NCBI RefSeq assembly: GCF_021028975.2
Contig: NC_059439.1
Coordinates: 23,436,001-23,500,000, forward strand
Reading direction: 5' to 3'
Length of the DNA stretch: 64,000 nt
Source: Sphaerodactylus townsendi
Lineage: Eukaryota
Below, piece by piece: positions 62,037-64,000 of the stretch; within the stretch, counting starts at the first letter, position 1, and each line of letters begins with the position of its first letter. The translations under genes and the position numbers were made by a program. Below the pieces are notes generated by a model. That model was not told the origin of the DNA. It saw only the letters and a list, made by a program, of their open reading frames with translations, and did not search any database.

Positions 62037-62234
62037 CCCAGTAATGGTTCATTCACAGATTCATACTGCCACAACACAGATGTCATCAAAAGATTAATGA
62101 AGATTGGTGACTAACCTTTAGGGTCTACTCCAAGCCATAAATGTTAGCTCTCTAAAATTCCGGGCAATATTTACAAGACTCTGATGAAGGCCATATTTTT
62201 ACTTTCTGAACTTTATATTGAATCATGTTCAAAG

Positions 62235-62731
62235 TGTGGGTGTTGCGACCTCCAGAGGCCTACGCTGCCCGGACCCCGCATTCTCTGGGGACCCTAGATA
62301 CTCCCACTATGTCCTCGTGTCATTCTCTGCGGTCAGCAGAGAGGCGAATCTACTGGAGATCCCTGGCCCCTTGATGACCAGCTGCACTGGTTTCTGACAT
62401 CGGCCAGAGGCCTTCACAGCTCCTGGCACCCGCCTGGTGGAACACATTACCACTCAGCTGTCCGGATCTAAGGGACCTTTGAGAGTCTCACTTGGGGAGC
62501 ACCGCCTGTAAACGCTTCAATTATTCCACCGGCCTTTGGGAGAGTCCACAGTCACTGATAATGCCCTTACTACAGTAGGGTCCCTTAACATCATTGGGAC
62601 CCCTCACTCATTTTGGAAGAGGGTGGTATATGGGTCTCACGGGCCCTATTGTAGAATGTACCTGTTTAAAGATTTTTATGTTTTTTGTATGATTTTATGT
62701 TGTTCACTGCCCTGATTCCTCCCCGATAGGG
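62235..62731 (+). mobile_element. L2 LINE 3' fragment
   Basis: CGGCCAGAGGCCTTCACAGCTCCTGGCACCCGCCTGGTGGAAC (L2 ORF2 end) and TTGTTCACTGCCCTGA tail; noisy. Confidence 0.55.
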
Positions 62732-62895
62732 NNNNNNNNNNNNNNNNNNNNNNNNNNNNNNNNNNNNNNNNNNNNNNNNNNNNNNNNNNNNNNNNNNNNN
62801 NNNNNNNNNNNNNNNNNNNNNNNNNNNNNNNNNNNNNNNNNNNNNNNNNNNNNNNNNNNNNNNNNNNNNNNNNNNNNNNNNNNNNNNNNNNNNNN
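62732..62895. other. Assembly gap
   Basis: N run. Confidence 1.
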
Positions 62896-62939
62896 TTGAA
62901 GAAAACCAGCAGGAAAAAAGTGGGAGGAGAATTTAATGG

Positions 62940-63065
62940 TTGCTGTAGGTACCATGGACTACCAAAAAGACAAGGATTACAGATCAGTTCAAGCCTGAAC
63001 TGTGCTTAAAATCTAAAATCTCAACTGAGACTGTCATACTTTTGTCACATTATGAGAAGACAAGA
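62940..63065 (+). mobile_element. RTE/BovB-like LINE fragment
   Basis: VPWTTKK..LRLSYFCHIMRR resembles the RTE C-terminal motif VPWTARR..LKYFGHLMRR. Confidence 0.5.
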
Positions 63066-63786
63066 GTTACCAGTCTGAGAAGACAAGAGTTACCCAGCAC
63101 CCAGCAACCTGTTCCACAACCTAGAGAAGAAAAGAGTTACCCAGCAACCTGTCACAAATGCTAACCTAGGTACCCCACAACTGACTTACCAAAAGGAGCA
63201 GGGACTTCCAGAAAACCAGAAGCTGGGATGAGCTGCAGAGAAATAGCAGGAGGGTTCCTGAACAGCAACAGTAGACCTCAGCAGTTCCAGATGAAAGGGT
63301 GGAGGCAGCACAGTCCTAACCCAGCTGCAATCATAAGTCCTCAGCAGCCTTAGACAGTGGAGCAGGGCTGGCACAACCCCAGGCAGACTACAATCAAGGA
63401 GGAGGACCAGGAAAGATGAAGAGCCAGTTATAGGCCAGCAGGGCTCAACAGACAGCTTGTCAGCAACTAGCAGACTGGAGCAGTGAGTTTCTAAGTGTGT
63501 GGGAAACTCCTGAGACAGATAAAAGGCAGGCAGGGAAAGAGGGATGAGGTTGGTGTGGTGCATGGGCTCAGGTTTGCAGGACTGCTGTAAACTCCCTGAT
63601 GGAAGCAAGGAGCTGATGAACAGATGCCAGAGTCACTTCTTGTTTGTTCCACAAGAGTAGCCAAGTTCCTATGGGGACAAGGTGGACTATCTTGCAGGCA
63701 TGGCCACAGAGGAGCACTCACACTAGAATCACTAACTAGCAAGAAGGTTACCTATTCTGCAGCCAAATTCTTTGGAGTCTAAAGGG

Positions 63787-64000
63787 CTAGACACATTTCT
63801 TGAGGAACTTTCTCAGGGCCCCCTTCATCTCCCGGTTTCTCAGGCTATATATCATAGGATTGAGTAGTGGAGTCAACACAGTGTAAAAGACAGCAAAGAT
63901 TTTGTTTAATGCTCTCAACGTCTCAGTCTTTGGAACCACATAAACAAGCATCAAGGTCCCATAGAACATGGAAACAACGATGAGGTGAGAAGAACAGGTG
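63787..64000 (-). CDS. Olfactory receptor, 3' part (5' end outside window)
   Basis: [36 protein letters not shown]. Confidence 0.92.
   Translation of the reverse strand, partial: TCSSHLIVVSMFYGTLMLVYVVPKTETLRALNKIFAVFYTVLTPLLNPMIYSLRNREMKGALRKFLKKCV

Noticed and set aside
63150-63770. Possible LTR downstream of the last OR
   Set aside because: TG start present, but no convincing CA end, TSD or second copy

Overview
Eukaryotic genomic DNA, most likely a squamate (gecko-like, judged from the SINE/MITE repertoire; inference). It is a chemoreceptor cluster with nine olfactory receptor (OR) loci: 6 complete single-exon ORFs, 2 cut by the window edges, and 1 frameshifted OR of a different subfamily. 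An apparently intact six-exon vomeronasal type-2 receptor (V2R, 861 aa after splicing) lies among the ORs on the minus strand. The most unusual object is a 6.06-kb endogenous retrovirus (1643-7705) with two LTRs, a CCAAC target-site duplication and a tRNA-Phe primer site. It has a betaretrovirus-type gag and dUTPase-protease with a GGGAAAC slippery site and pseudoknot, but no recognisable RT/RNase H and only a decayed integrase. Its env joins a Rec/Rem-like arginine-rich signal peptide to an avian-leukosis-virus-type SU/TM. The window also holds five TSD-less promoter+polyA elements (probably Ngaro/DIRS tyrosine-recombinase repeats), one with an empty-site paralogue beside it. Other content: a two-template insertion inside an L2 fragment, many hAT/SPIN/Harbinger MITEs, Penelope palindromes, CR1/L2/Rex1/RTE fragments, tRNA-derived SINEs and two assembly gaps. 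Many frameshifts in the ERV and the broken OR look like consensus errors. All alignments were made by eye.
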